Both the position numbers and the translations under genes were made by a program. Below the pieces are notes generated by a model, which saw only the letters and a list, made by a program, of their open reading frames with translations, searched no databases and was not told the DNA's origin. Shown here in pieces: positions 39,583 through 48,516 of a stretch of DNA of 64,000 bases. Numbering within the stretch: position 1 is the first letter of the stretch; every line of letters begins with the position of its first letter. This DNA comes from an uncultured Acidobacteriota bacterium (lineage in GTDB: Bacteria > Acidobacteriota > Thermoanaerobaculia > UBA5066), in contig CAVZYA010000001.1 in NCBI GenBank assembly GCA_963779415.1, positions 1,088,001 to 1,152,000 of the forward strand, given 5' to 3'.

Positions 39583-41766
39583 ATGGTCATCTACGAGTTC
39601 GACGACATTCGCGTGGATCCTGCGGCCTATCGTGTGACGAAGGCCGGCCTCCCCGTGCCCCTCGAGCCCAAGGCCTTCGAGGTCCTCCTCTTCCTGCTCC
39701 AGAACCCGGGAAGGCTCGTCGAGAAGAAGGAACTGCTCGAGAGGGTCTGGCCGGACATCGTCGTGACCGAGGGCGCGATGACGCGCGTGATCGCCGACCT
39801 TCGGCGCTCTCTCGGCGACGCCGCGCGCGAGGCCCGGTACATCGAAACCGTCCCGACGAAGGGCTACCGGTTCATCGCCGAGGTCCGGCGGATCGCCGAA
39901 CCCCAGGCTCCCGCGCCGCCGGCCGAACCCTCAGCCCCCGGGGCGGCCGCGCCGCAGCGGCGCGTTGTCTGGGTCGCGGCCGGCTTCCTCGTCCTGGCGG
40001 TCGCCGGCTTCATCGTCTTCCGAGTGCCGCGCTCGCGGCCCGCCGCCGGGCCGCCCCCGGGACCGGCGAAGCTGACCCAGGTCACGGAGTCCCTCGGACT
40101 GGACATGTTCCCCACGTTCTCTCCCGACGGGGCGCAGATCGCCTATTGCTCCGACCGCGACCGGTCGTTCGAGATCTACGTCCGGCAGCTCACGCCGGGT
40201 GGCCGGGAGATCCGCATCACATTCGACGGCCGCGACAACTTTCAGCCCGCATGGTCGCCCGACGGGCGCGAGATCGCGTACGCCTCGAGAGCCGTGCCCG
40301 GCATCTGGATCGTCCCCGCTCTCGGCGGGGAGCCACGCCGCCTGACAGTGTTCGGCTCCCGCCCTTCGTGGTCGCCCGACGGGGCGACGATCGTCTTCCA
40401 GTCCGGCGGCGTCATCGAGCTTTCCGCCACGTCTCCGGCCGCGCCGCCCCCTTCGTCGTTGTGGGTCGTGCCGGCCAGCGGCGGCGAGCCGGGGCCGCTC
40501 ACGCGCCCGGGGTCGCCCGTCGGCGGGCACGGGGCCCCGGTCTTCTCCCCGGACGGAACCGAGGTCGTCTTCGCGACCTGGTCGGTCCGCAGCGAGTTGT
40601 GGAGCGTGTCTCGAAAGGACGGCTCCCTGCGCCGGATCCTGCCGTCGGACGAGGCGGCGCGGGACGCGGGCTCCACGGAGCACCTGTACTTCGACCCCGC
40701 CTTCACGCCGAAGGGCGATTTCCTCTACTTCGCGGCGACGGAGCGGAGCTGGCTGAACACGAGCCTCTGGCGGATGCGTGCACCGGATGGTCCGGGCGGG
40801 CGCTGGGGGGCCCCCGAGCGCGTCACGCCGGACGGTACGGCGTCCGTCCGGCAGATCGCGGTCTCTCCGCGCAGCGGCACGGTCGCGTACGCCGCGCTCT
40901 CGATCGTGAGCAACCTCTGGTCGCTGCCGCTCGACCCGAAAACCTCGGTTCCGACGGGCGAGCCCGTCCTCCTGACCCGCGGCGCCGGCTGCCGCAACAC
41001 GTCGCCGAGGTTCTCGCCCGACGGCTCGAAGATCGCGTTCGTCTCCTGCCGGGCGGGCTCCTCCACCGACATCTGGCTCATGGACCGGGACGGCGGGGAC
41101 CCCCGCCCGGTCACGGACGGCTCCTCCGAGACGCACTTCCCGAACTGGTTCCCGGGCGCGGACCGGATCGCCTACTTCACGATTCGGGGCGGAAGAAAGG
41201 AGCTGTGGGCCATCTCCCTTGAAGATCGCTCGCAGCGGCTGCTCCTTCCGCTCGGGAACGACGTGTCTCGCACGAGCCTCTCGTTCGACGGACGCTTCGT
41301 CGCCTGCACGAAGGAGGCGCCCGACCACGGCCTCTCGACGTGGGTGGCGCCGCTCGACGGCGGCCCTGCGCGGCAGGTGACCCCTCCCGACATGAGCGCC
41401 GGCTATCCCTGCTGGTCGCGCGACGGCCGCTGGCTAGCCGTCGACCTGGTGCGGCCGCCAGACACGTTCCTCGCGGTCGTCCCGGCCGCGGGCGGCTCGC
41501 CGGCCCCGCTCGTGCATGAGAAGGGCCTGAGCTGGCCGTCGGACTGGTCGCCGGACGGGGAGAAGATCGCCTTCTCGGGACAGCGCGACGGGATCTGGAA
41601 CGTCTACTGGGTCGCACGCAGCGGGGGACCGGCCCGCCGCCTCACGGAGAACGGAAGGCCGCGCACGTTCCTGCGCTACCCCGTCTGGTCGCCGAAGGGC
41701 GACCGGATCGTCTTCGAGCGTTCCGAGACGACCGGCAACGTCTGGGTCCTGGACCCCGCTGGGTAG
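39583..41766 (+). CDS. Transmembrane one-component regulator: CadC/OmpR-type winged helix, TM helix and TolB-like (PD40) beta-propellers
   Basis: LEPKAFEVLLFL, ELLERVW and YIETVPTKGYRF; TM segment; many P.(W/F)SPDG repeats. Confidence 0.9.
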   Translation: MVIYEFDDIRVDPAAYRVTKAGLPVPLEPKAFEVLLFLLQNPGRLVEKKELLERVWPDIVVTEGAMTRVIADLRRSLGDAAREARYIETVPTKGYRFIAEVRRIAEPQAPAPPAEPSAPGAAAPQRRVVWVAAGFLVLAVAGFIVFRVPRSRPAAGPPPGPAKLTQVTESLGLDMFPTFSPDGAQIAYCSDRDRSFEIYVRQLTPGGREIRITFDGRDNFQPAWSPDGREIAYASRAVPGIWIVPALGGEPRRLTVFGSRPSWSPDGATIVFQSGGVIELSATSPAAPPPSSLWVVPASGGEPGPLTRPGSPVGGHGAPVFSPDGTEVVFATWSVRSELWSVSRKDGSLRRILPSDEAARDAGSTEHLYFDPAFTPKGDFLYFAATERSWLNTSLWRMRAPDGPGGRWGAPERVTPDGTASVRQIAVSPRSGTVAYAALSIVSNLWSLPLDPKTSVPTGEPVLLTRGAGCRNTSPRFSPDGSKIAFVSCRAGSSTDIWLMDRDGGDPRPVTDGSSETHFPNWFPGADRIAYFTIRGGRKELWAISLEDRSQRLLLPLGNDVSRTSLSFDGRFVACTKEAPDHGLSTWVAPLDGGPARQVTPPDMSAGYPCWSRDGRWLAVDLVRPPDTFLAVVPAAGGSPAPLVHEKGLSWPSDWSPDGEKIAFSGQRDGIWNVYWVARSGGPARRLTENGRPRTFLRYPVWSPKGDRIVFERSETTGNVWVLDPAG

Positions 41767-41816
41767 ATCGGGGCGGAGGAGGCGCTGGGGACGCCGCGCC
41801 AGCGACTCCCCCGATC
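41766..41816. terminator. Imperfect hairpin between convergent genes
   Basis: Outer arms GATCGGGG/CCCCGATC and inner arms CGCTGG/CCAGCG; no U-tract. Confidence 0.4.
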
Positions 41817-43116
41817 AGGGATAGATCCGGTAGAGCATCCGGGGATAGGGGATGCACTCACGCAGGTGCGCCGCGCCGCACATCCACGCGACGAAGCGCT
41901 CGAGGCCCATCCCGAAGCCGGAGTGGGGGAAGGTTCCGTACTTCCGGACGTCGAGATACCACTGGAAGGCCTCGACCGGAAGAGCGTGCTCCGTGATCCG
42001 CCGAAGGAGCAGCTCGTGGTCGTGGATCCGCTGCGAGCCGCCGATGATCTCGCCGAAGCCCTCCGGCGCCAGCATGTCGAGGCAGAGGGCCACCTCCGGG
42101 TCGCTCGCGTCCGGCTGCATGTAGAACGCCTTGATCGAGGTCGGATAGCGCGTGACCATCACCGGGGTGTCGAACCCTTCCGTGAGCGCCGTCTCCTCGT
42201 CGCCGCCGAGGTCGTCCCCGAATTTCACGGGCAGCCCCTTTTTCTGGAGGATCCCGATCGCCTCGCGGTAGTCGAGGCGCGGAAAAGGCTTCGAGAGGAG
42301 CGGCGTGAGCTTCGCGACGTCGCGCTCGAGGCGCTTCAGATCCTCGGCGCGGCGGTCGAGAACCCGCCCCGTCAGCTCCCTGACGAACTCCTCGGCGAGG
42401 TCCATGAGGCCGTCGATCTCGAGAAAGGCGACCTCCGGCTCCACCATCCAGAACTCGCGAAGGTGCCGCCGCGTCTTCGACTTCTCCGCGCGGAAGGTCG
42501 GCCCGAAGCAGTAGACCTTGCCGAGAGCCGCCGCCGCCGGCTCGAGGTAGAGCTGGCCGGACTGCGAAAGGTAGGCCTTCTCCTCTTCCGTGTACTCGGT
42601 CTCGAAGAGGTTCGACGTCCCCTCGCAGGCGTTCGGCGTCAGGATCGGCGAGTCGACCCGGGTGTAGCCGCGCGCGTGGAAGAAATCGTGGATGGCGCTC
42701 TCGACCTCGCTCCGGATCTTCAGGATGGCGACCTGCTTGGCGGAGCGGAGCCAGAGGTGCCGCTGCGACAGGAGGAAGTCGATGCCGTGCTCTTTCGGGG
42801 TGATGGGCCAGTCGCGGCAGAGGTCGAGGATCCTCACGTCCGTGACGCCCAACTCGACCCCTCCGGGGGAACGCGGGTCCGAGCGGACGACGCCGGTCAC
42901 CTCGAGCGTCGACTCCTGCGTCGCCGTCGTGGCCGCTTCCCAGACGGCCTCGGGCACGTCCGCCTTCGAGACGACCGCCTGGACGTAGCCGCTGCCGTCC
43001 CGGAGGACGAGGAACCAGATCTTCCCCCCCTTGCGCCAGTGGTAGAGCCATCCCTTCAGCGTTACCGTCTCGCCGACATGCTTCGGGAGATCAGAGATTG
43101 CGACGGATGCCGTCAT
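41815..43116 (-). CDS. asnS: Asparagine-tRNA ligase
   Basis: True start MTASVAISDL; LRDGSG, RHLWLRS, YLSQSGQLYLE, FRAEKSKTRRHL, PHSGFGMGLER. Confidence 0.95.
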   Translation of the reverse strand: MTASVAISDLPKHVGETVTLKGWLYHWRKGGKIWFLVLRDGSGYVQAVVSKADVPEAVWEAATTATQESTLEVTGVVRSDPRSPGGVELGVTDVRILDLCRDWPITPKEHGIDFLLSQRHLWLRSAKQVAILKIRSEVESAIHDFFHARGYTRVDSPILTPNACEGTSNLFETEYTEEEKAYLSQSGQLYLEPAAAALGKVYCFGPTFRAEKSKTRRHLREFWMVEPEVAFLEIDGLMDLAEEFVRELTGRVLDRRAEDLKRLERDVAKLTPLLSKPFPRLDYREAIGILQKKGLPVKFGDDLGGDEETALTEGFDTPVMVTRYPTSIKAFYMQPDASDPEVALCLDMLAPEGFGEIIGGSQRIHDHELLLRRITEHALPVEAFQWYLDVRKYGTFPHSGFGMGLERFVAWMCGAAHLRECIPYPRMLYRIYP

Positions 43117-43150
43117 GAGGGCGGGAGGATACAGGACCGGGATTCTCCGG

Positions 43151-43180
43151 CCGGGGGGCCTTAGCCCCCCGGACCCCCCC
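43151..43180 (+). repeat. REP-like hairpin repeat, copy C
   Basis: CCGGGGGGC-CTTA-GCCCCCCGG-ACCCCCCC; the loop contains the TAA stop of the 89-aa minus-strand gene. Confidence 0.7.
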
Positions 43181-43430
43181 GCATCCGGACTCTCCAGTTC
43201 TGGAGGACGACCACCGCCTGCGAGAGGCGGAGAAGCCTGCGACTTCTCTGCTGGACGACGTCCGTCTGCTCCGAGGAGACGATCTGACTGCGCAGCTCGC
43301 GCGAGAGCTTCTCGATCTCCTGAAGAAGCGCATCCACCTCGTGGCGTTCGTACTTCTTGAGCGTCACCGGATTCAGCAGCAGATAGCCGTCCGCGAGGTC
43401 GCTTGCGGCCTTCCATGCGGGGATCGCCAT
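43161..43430 (-). CDS. Small helical hypothetical protein, 89 aa
   Basis: Protein-like composition; TAGCAT -10 box 9 nt upstream of the ATG; codirectional with asnS. Confidence 0.7.
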   Translation of the reverse strand: MAIPAWKAASDLADGYLLLNPVTLKKYERHEVDALLQEIEKLSRELRSQIVSSEQTDVVQQRSRRLLRLSQAVVVLQNWRVRMRGGPGG

Positions 43431-43493
43431 GACGGCAGGATGCTACATTCCGCCCCTCAGGGCAAAGCGCCCGCGGGCGGAAGGGGGACGATC

Positions 43494-44681
43494 GTGGGCT
43501 TTCCGGGTGTCGACTTCTACGGGATCGAGGAACTCTTCTCCGACGACGAGCGGGCCGTTCGGGACCTCGTCCGCGACTTCGTGGACGCCGAGGTCCTCCC
43601 CATCATCGAGACCTGCGCGTGGGAAGGGCGCTTCCCCCGGGAGCTGGTCCCGAAGATGGCGGGACTCGACCTCCTCGGGGCGACGATCCCGGAGTACGGC
43701 CTCCCCGGCCTGAACAACGTCGCTTACGGCCTCATCATGCAGGAGCTGGAGCGGGGGGACTCGGGCCTCCGCTCCTTCGTCTCGGTCCAGTCCTCTCTCG
43801 TGATGTTCCCCATCTACACCTACGGGTCGAAGGAGCAGAGGGACCTCTGGATCCCCAGGCTCGCGTCGGGCGAGGCGATCGGCTGCTTCGGCCTGACGGA
43901 GCCCGACTTCGGCTCGAACCCGGGCGGGATGAGGACCGTCGCGAAAAAGGAAGGGAGCGAGTGGGTCCTGAACGGGGCCAAGGCGTGGATCACGAACGGC
44001 TCCATTGCCGATGTCGCCCTCGTCTGGGCCAAGGTGGGCGATACGAACGGAGTCGTCCGCGGCTTCCTCGTCCCGCGTGGAACGAGAGGCTTCACCACCT
44101 CCGAGCACCGGATGAAGATGTCCCTCCGGGCGTCCGTCACGTCCCAGCTCGCCTTCGACGACTGCCGGATCCCGGAGCAGAACGTCCTCCCGGGGGTCGA
44201 AGGGCTGAAAGGGCCGCTCTCCTGCCTGACGCAGGCCCGATACGGCATCGCGTGGGGGGCTCTCGGCTCCGCCATGGCGACCTACCACTGCGCTCTCGAG
44301 TACGCGAAGAGCCGGAAGCAGTTCAAGGGCCGCCCCATCGCCGCGCACCAGCTCGTCCAGTCGAAGTTCGCCTTCATGATCACCGAGATCACGAAGGGGC
44401 AGCTCCTCGCCCTCCGGCTCGGACGCCTGAAGGACGAGAAGAAAATGAAGCCCGAGCACGTCTCGATGGCCAAGCGGAACAACGTCTGGGTGGCCCGCGA
44501 GTGCGCGAAGCTGGCCCGCGAGATCCTCGGCGCGAACGGCATCGTCGGTGAGTACCCCGTCTTCCGTCATCTCGCGAACATCGAGTCGGTCTTCACTTAC
44601 GAAGGGACGCACGACATCCACACCCTCGTTCTCGGGCAGGCCGTGACGGGAATCCCGGCCTACGATCCTCCGACGGAATAG
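43494..44681 (+). CDS. Acyl-CoA dehydrogenase (glutaryl-CoA dehydrogenase-like)
   Basis: ELERGDSGLRS, GCFGLTEPDFGS, LNGAKAWITNG, TYEGTHDIH; GTG start after a purine-rich SD. Confidence 0.9.
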   Translation: MGFPGVDFYGIEELFSDDERAVRDLVRDFVDAEVLPIIETCAWEGRFPRELVPKMAGLDLLGATIPEYGLPGLNNVAYGLIMQELERGDSGLRSFVSVQSSLVMFPIYTYGSKEQRDLWIPRLASGEAIGCFGLTEPDFGSNPGGMRTVAKKEGSEWVLNGAKAWITNGSIADVALVWAKVGDTNGVVRGFLVPRGTRGFTTSEHRMKMSLRASVTSQLAFDDCRIPEQNVLPGVEGLKGPLSCLTQARYGIAWGALGSAMATYHCALEYAKSRKQFKGRPIAAHQLVQSKFAFMITEITKGQLLALRLGRLKDEKKMKPEHVSMAKRNNVWVARECAKLAREILGANGIVGEYPVFRHLANIESVFTYEGTHDIHTLVLGQAVTGIPAYDPPTE

Positions 44682-44705
44682 CGCACAACCTCTAGAATCA
44701 ACCGA

Positions 44706-46055
44706 ATGGCAATCTCCGGAAGCCTCCGGACGATGCAGTTCTCGGAACTGCTGCAGTGGCTCTCCACCGGCCTGAAGACCGGCACGCTGATCGTCCGGGG
44801 CTCGTCCGGCGAGAAGAGGATCTACTTCCAGAACGGGCGGATCATCTCTTCATCCTCCACCGTCGAGCGCGAGTTCCTCGGCCGTTTCCTGGTCGGCTTC
44901 GGCTTCATCACGGAGGAAGAGCTCCTCCGCGCCCTCGACGTCCAGCGGGAATCGAAGGTCCTTCTCGGCAAGATCCTCGTCATGATCGGCGCGATCCGCG
45001 AGGAGGAGCTCGCGGATCTTCTCCGCCTGAAGGCCGCCGAGACGATCTATGACATCTTCCTCTGGGAGGAGGGGACCTTCGCTTTCCTCGACGGCGAGGT
45101 CCCGAACCTCGCCACCGTCACGATCTCCTCCGAGGTGACCGGCATCGTCATGGAGGGGCTCCGCCGCTACGACGAGTGGCAGCGGATCCGGACGCGCCTC
45201 GCCTCCCTCCGGCAGGTCCCGGCGATCCTCATTCCGGTCGAAGAAGGGTTGAACGACCGGGAGAAGATGATCCTGAACGCGATCGACGGCGTCCGGCCCG
45301 TGGAGGAAATCGCCGCCGTCACACACAACCCGGACTTCCACGTAGCCAAGTTCGTCTACGACCTTCTCGAATCGGGGCACCTGCAGCTCGTGGGCGAGCG
45401 CGAGCCCTCGTCGACGCCCCCCGACCGCCTCGAGGCCGAGCTTCACGCCGAGATGATGTCGACGGGGCCGATCTCGTCCATCTACAGCCACGAGCCCGGC
45501 CTTCCGGAAGCGGCCGAGGTCTCCTTGTCGTCCGCCGGCCGCGCCGCCGCAGCGCCGTCTTCGGCCGCAGTCTCGGCTCCGGCCGCGTCCGAACCCCTCT
45601 CCCCGTCTCCTTCGTCGCCGCAGGACTTCCGCCGTTTCCTCCGCCCCCACGATTCCGACTCGCGCGCGAGGCGTCCTTCGGGGGCGATCGCGCAGGTCCC
45701 GTCCCCCGCGCCGCCTTCCGTCCCCCCCTCCGCCGTCGCTCCGGAGCTGCCCTCGATTCCCGAGGAAGAGCGGGACCTTCCGGAAGCCGTGGAAGCCGCG
45801 GACTCGCTGCCGCCGGTGCCGATCGACGCGCCCGCGGTTCCCCGGAAGATCCCGCTCGCCTCCATTCCCCGGCTCACGAAGCCGATGGAGGATCTGGTGT
45901 CGCTCCCGTTCACACCGAACGAGGCCTTCGTCGTCTCGCGGATCAACGGGCTCTGGGACGTCCGCTCGATCGCCCGCATCAGCCCGTTTCCCGAAGTCGA
46001 GGTTCTCCGCGTCTTCGCGAAGCTCGAGGCGCAGGGCGTCGTCGCGTTTCGATGA
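44706..46055 (+). CDS. DUF4388-like domain protein with degenerate MshEN-like repeats, Pro/Ser linker and a small C-terminal helical domain
   Basis: MAISGSLRTMQFSELLQWL..KTGTL..RIYFQNGRI, then LGRFLVGFGFITEEELLRALDVQ. Confidence 0.75.
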   Translation: MAISGSLRTMQFSELLQWLSTGLKTGTLIVRGSSGEKRIYFQNGRIISSSSTVEREFLGRFLVGFGFITEEELLRALDVQRESKVLLGKILVMIGAIREEELADLLRLKAAETIYDIFLWEEGTFAFLDGEVPNLATVTISSEVTGIVMEGLRRYDEWQRIRTRLASLRQVPAILIPVEEGLNDREKMILNAIDGVRPVEEIAAVTHNPDFHVAKFVYDLLESGHLQLVGEREPSSTPPDRLEAELHAEMMSTGPISSIYSHEPGLPEAAEVSLSSAGRAAAAPSSAAVSAPAASEPLSPSPSSPQDFRRFLRPHDSDSRARRPSGAIAQVPSPAPPSVPPSAVAPELPSIPEEERDLPEAVEAADSLPPVPIDAPAVPRKIPLASIPRLTKPMEDLVSLPFTPNEAFVVSRINGLWDVRSIARISPFPEVEVLRVFAKLEAQGVVAFR

Positions 46056-47752
46056 GCTTCTCCGCGGCCGCGCTCGTCCTTCTCGCCTTCCTCGTCGTGG
46101 TGGTCGCCGTCGCGCAGGCGCTCCTGCAGGCGCGCCGCGCGCAGGAACGTCGGAAGGCCGAGCGGGAGCGGACGGGGCGCGAGCTGAAGACCCTTCGCGA
46201 GATCTCCGTCGCGTTTTCCGCCGTCGGGCCCGACCGCGAGGCGTTCGAAAGGCTCTTCCAGACGATCCGAGTCGGCTTCCCGATCCGTGCCCTCGCCGCG
46301 GTCTCCTACGACGAGGACCCGGAGGGCGCCCTTTCCGTCACGATGGCGGGGGACGTCACGCTCACGCGCTCCGGCTTCCAGGACTGGCTCGCCGGCCAGC
46401 GCGACCTCGAGCAGCCGTTCCTCCCCTCGGCTCCCGAGCCGCGGATCTCGCGCGGCCGCCGCCGCGACCTCGTTCTGAATCCGGGCTTCGACGTGCAGGT
46501 GCTTCTCCCGCTCCAGACGCCCGCCGTCATCGCCGGCCTCCTCGTTCTCGAGTCGAATGATCCGGACCTGGCCTCGTCCGAGACGCTGCAGGAGCTCTCG
46601 GTCCTCGTCGACCACGTCGCCCTGGCGCTCCAGGACCGGAATCTCCGGCGGCAGATGCAGATCGTCAATGAGCGGCTCCAGAGCCGCGCCGAGACTCTCC
46701 AGAAGATTCTCGGGCTCTCGAACGAGCTGAAGGCCCATCTCACGCTCGCCGGCGTCACCGAGGGGGTCGTGACGGCCGTGCGACAGAGCCTCGGATTCGG
46801 GACCGCCACCCTCTACCTTTACGACCGAAACGCGAACGTCTTCGAGCGGAAGGCCCGCGCCGCCGATGCCCCGGAGAGCGAACCCTCCCCCGCCCGGATC
46901 CCCCGCGAGGAGATCGCCTGCTGGTTCGCCGAGCGCTACCGGCTCTCGAAGAGCTACTTCGTCTCGCATCTCGACCGTTCCTCCGGGGTGGAGTCGAGCG
47001 GCAAGCTCGACCGGCGGCAGCGAACGCCCGGGCCGGGGACCTGGCACGCCGGGGACCGGCTCTTCATCCCGCTCACCGCCGGCGACCAGCTCGTCGGGGT
47101 CCTCCGCGCCGAGAACTCCGTGAGCGGCCAGGTCCCCTCCCTGCTCGACGTCCAGGCGCTCGAGATCTTCGCGAACCACGCGGTCTCGGCCCTCCAGTCC
47201 GCCCGCGCTTACGAGACGACGCAGGAGCTTTCGGTCCGCGATTCCCTGACCGACGCCTTCAATCACCGCTACTTCCAGGAGACGCTGTCCAAGGAGCTGA
47301 CGCGTCACGAGCGGAGCGGCAGCCCCTTCACGCTCGGGATGCTCGACATCGACGACTTCAAGAAGATCAACGACCTCTTCGGCCATCCGGTCGGCGACGT
47401 CGTCCTCAAGAGGCTCGTCGAGGAGATGGTCCGGAGCGTCCGGGAGATGGATACGGTGGCGCGGTACGGCGGCGAGGAGTTCGCGCTCATTTTCCCCGAG
47501 ACGACGACCGATCAGGCGCTCCTCGTGGCCGACCGCCTCCGGCGCCGGGTCGCTTCCCGCATCTTCTCCTCCCCCGGCCTTCCCCATCCGCTCGGGATCA
47601 CCGTTTCCATCGGCCTCGCGAGCTACCCCGAGGACGGCGTCTCGAAGCGCGCCCTCGTCGAGCGCGCCGACCAGGCCCTCTACCAGGCCAAGCGGAGCGG
47701 AAAGAACTGCCTCGTCACCGCGTCGTCGCTCGCGGACCTGAAGTCGTTCTAG
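46052..47752 (+). CDS. Membrane-anchored GAF-GAF-GGDEF diguanylate cyclase
   Basis: N-terminal TM; DIDDFKKINDLFGHPVGD; REMD I-site; RYGGEEF; ADQALYQAKRSGKN. Confidence 0.92.
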   Translation: MSFSAAALVLLAFLVVVVAVAQALLQARRAQERRKAERERTGRELKTLREISVAFSAVGPDREAFERLFQTIRVGFPIRALAAVSYDEDPEGALSVTMAGDVTLTRSGFQDWLAGQRDLEQPFLPSAPEPRISRGRRRDLVLNPGFDVQVLLPLQTPAVIAGLLVLESNDPDLASSETLQELSVLVDHVALALQDRNLRRQMQIVNERLQSRAETLQKILGLSNELKAHLTLAGVTEGVVTAVRQSLGFGTATLYLYDRNANVFERKARAADAPESEPSPARIPREEIACWFAERYRLSKSYFVSHLDRSSGVESSGKLDRRQRTPGPGTWHAGDRLFIPLTAGDQLVGVLRAENSVSGQVPSLLDVQALEIFANHAVSALQSARAYETTQELSVRDSLTDAFNHRYFQETLSKELTRHERSGSPFTLGMLDIDDFKKINDLFGHPVGDVVLKRLVEEMVRSVREMDTVARYGGEEFALIFPETTTDQALLVADRLRRRVASRIFSSPGLPHPLGITVSIGLASYPEDGVSKRALVERADQALYQAKRSGKNCLVTASSLADLKSF

Positions 47753-48496
47753 CGGACAGGGCGAAGGCCGGCGGGCTTTGTCACCGCCGGGCAGCCGCCG
47801 ACGGCGAACCGGAGCGGCCACCGCGCCGCGTCGCCCGCATACGCGACGCCGACGCGCGGCCCGACGAGGACAGGAAAGAAAGGGAACGAAATCCTTCTGA
47901 GGGGGAAAGAGAAAGAGATCGGGACCCGAAAGCGGCTTTCCCGAGAGCGACGTCGTGATCTGTAAATAGCGGCAGAGTTTCGCGGGGCCGGACGCAACGA
48001 GAAGCCCTTCTCTTTCTGCCGCCGATAGCTCTCGGGGGGCCGGTGTCAAGGGCGCGCTTCGCGCGCCGCGCAGCGGTCGCGGACCCTTGACACCGGCCCC
48101 CCGAGGAGCACGTTGTCTGATATCGGCGGCTGCATCAGCAGCCGCCGCATATGAGAGGAAATCGATCCATCTCTCTTCCGGGATTCCCGCCCTGATGAGA
48201 ACGGCTTCAGGTTCGCCCTCTCGTCTCGTCACGACGTTCAGGCAGTGGTGCATGCCGTAGACGAAGTAGACGTAGGCGTGGCCGCCCGGCCCCCACATCG
48301 GCGCGACCCGCGCGGTTCTTCTTCCGTTCCAGGTGTGCGCCGCGCGGTCTCCCACGCCGAGATAGGCCTCGGTCTCGACGATCACGACCGACCGTTCCGA
48401 TCCGTCCGCAAGGCGCCGGACGAGGCGGCAGCCGAGAAGGTCGCGCGCGACGGCCGCGGTGCCTCGCCGGAAGAAGGAGGTCGGGAGCGGCTTCAT
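47749..48496 (-). CDS. mpg: DNA-3-methyladenine glycosylase (MPG/AAG family) with an internal insertion and a frameshift near 47880
   Basis: IVETEAYLG, YVYFVYGMHHCLNVV, EAVLIRA, GPAKLC. The C-terminal GPRVGV..WPLRF lies in ORF 47749..47997. Confidence 0.88.
48031..48105. repeat. 75-bp palindromic element inside mpg
   Basis: Perfect 22-bp inverted repeat CTCGGGGGGCCGGTGTCAAGGG / CCCTTGACACCGGCCCCCCGAG around a 31-nt core. Confidence 0.85.
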
Positions 48497-48516
48497 TGCT
48501 ATTCTCGACCCCGATC

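Noticed and set aside
45482-48496. Apparent 1004-aa MPG fusion protein
   Set aside because: A frameshift near 47880 causes read-through antisense to the cyclase gene. The true C-terminus ends at 47749.
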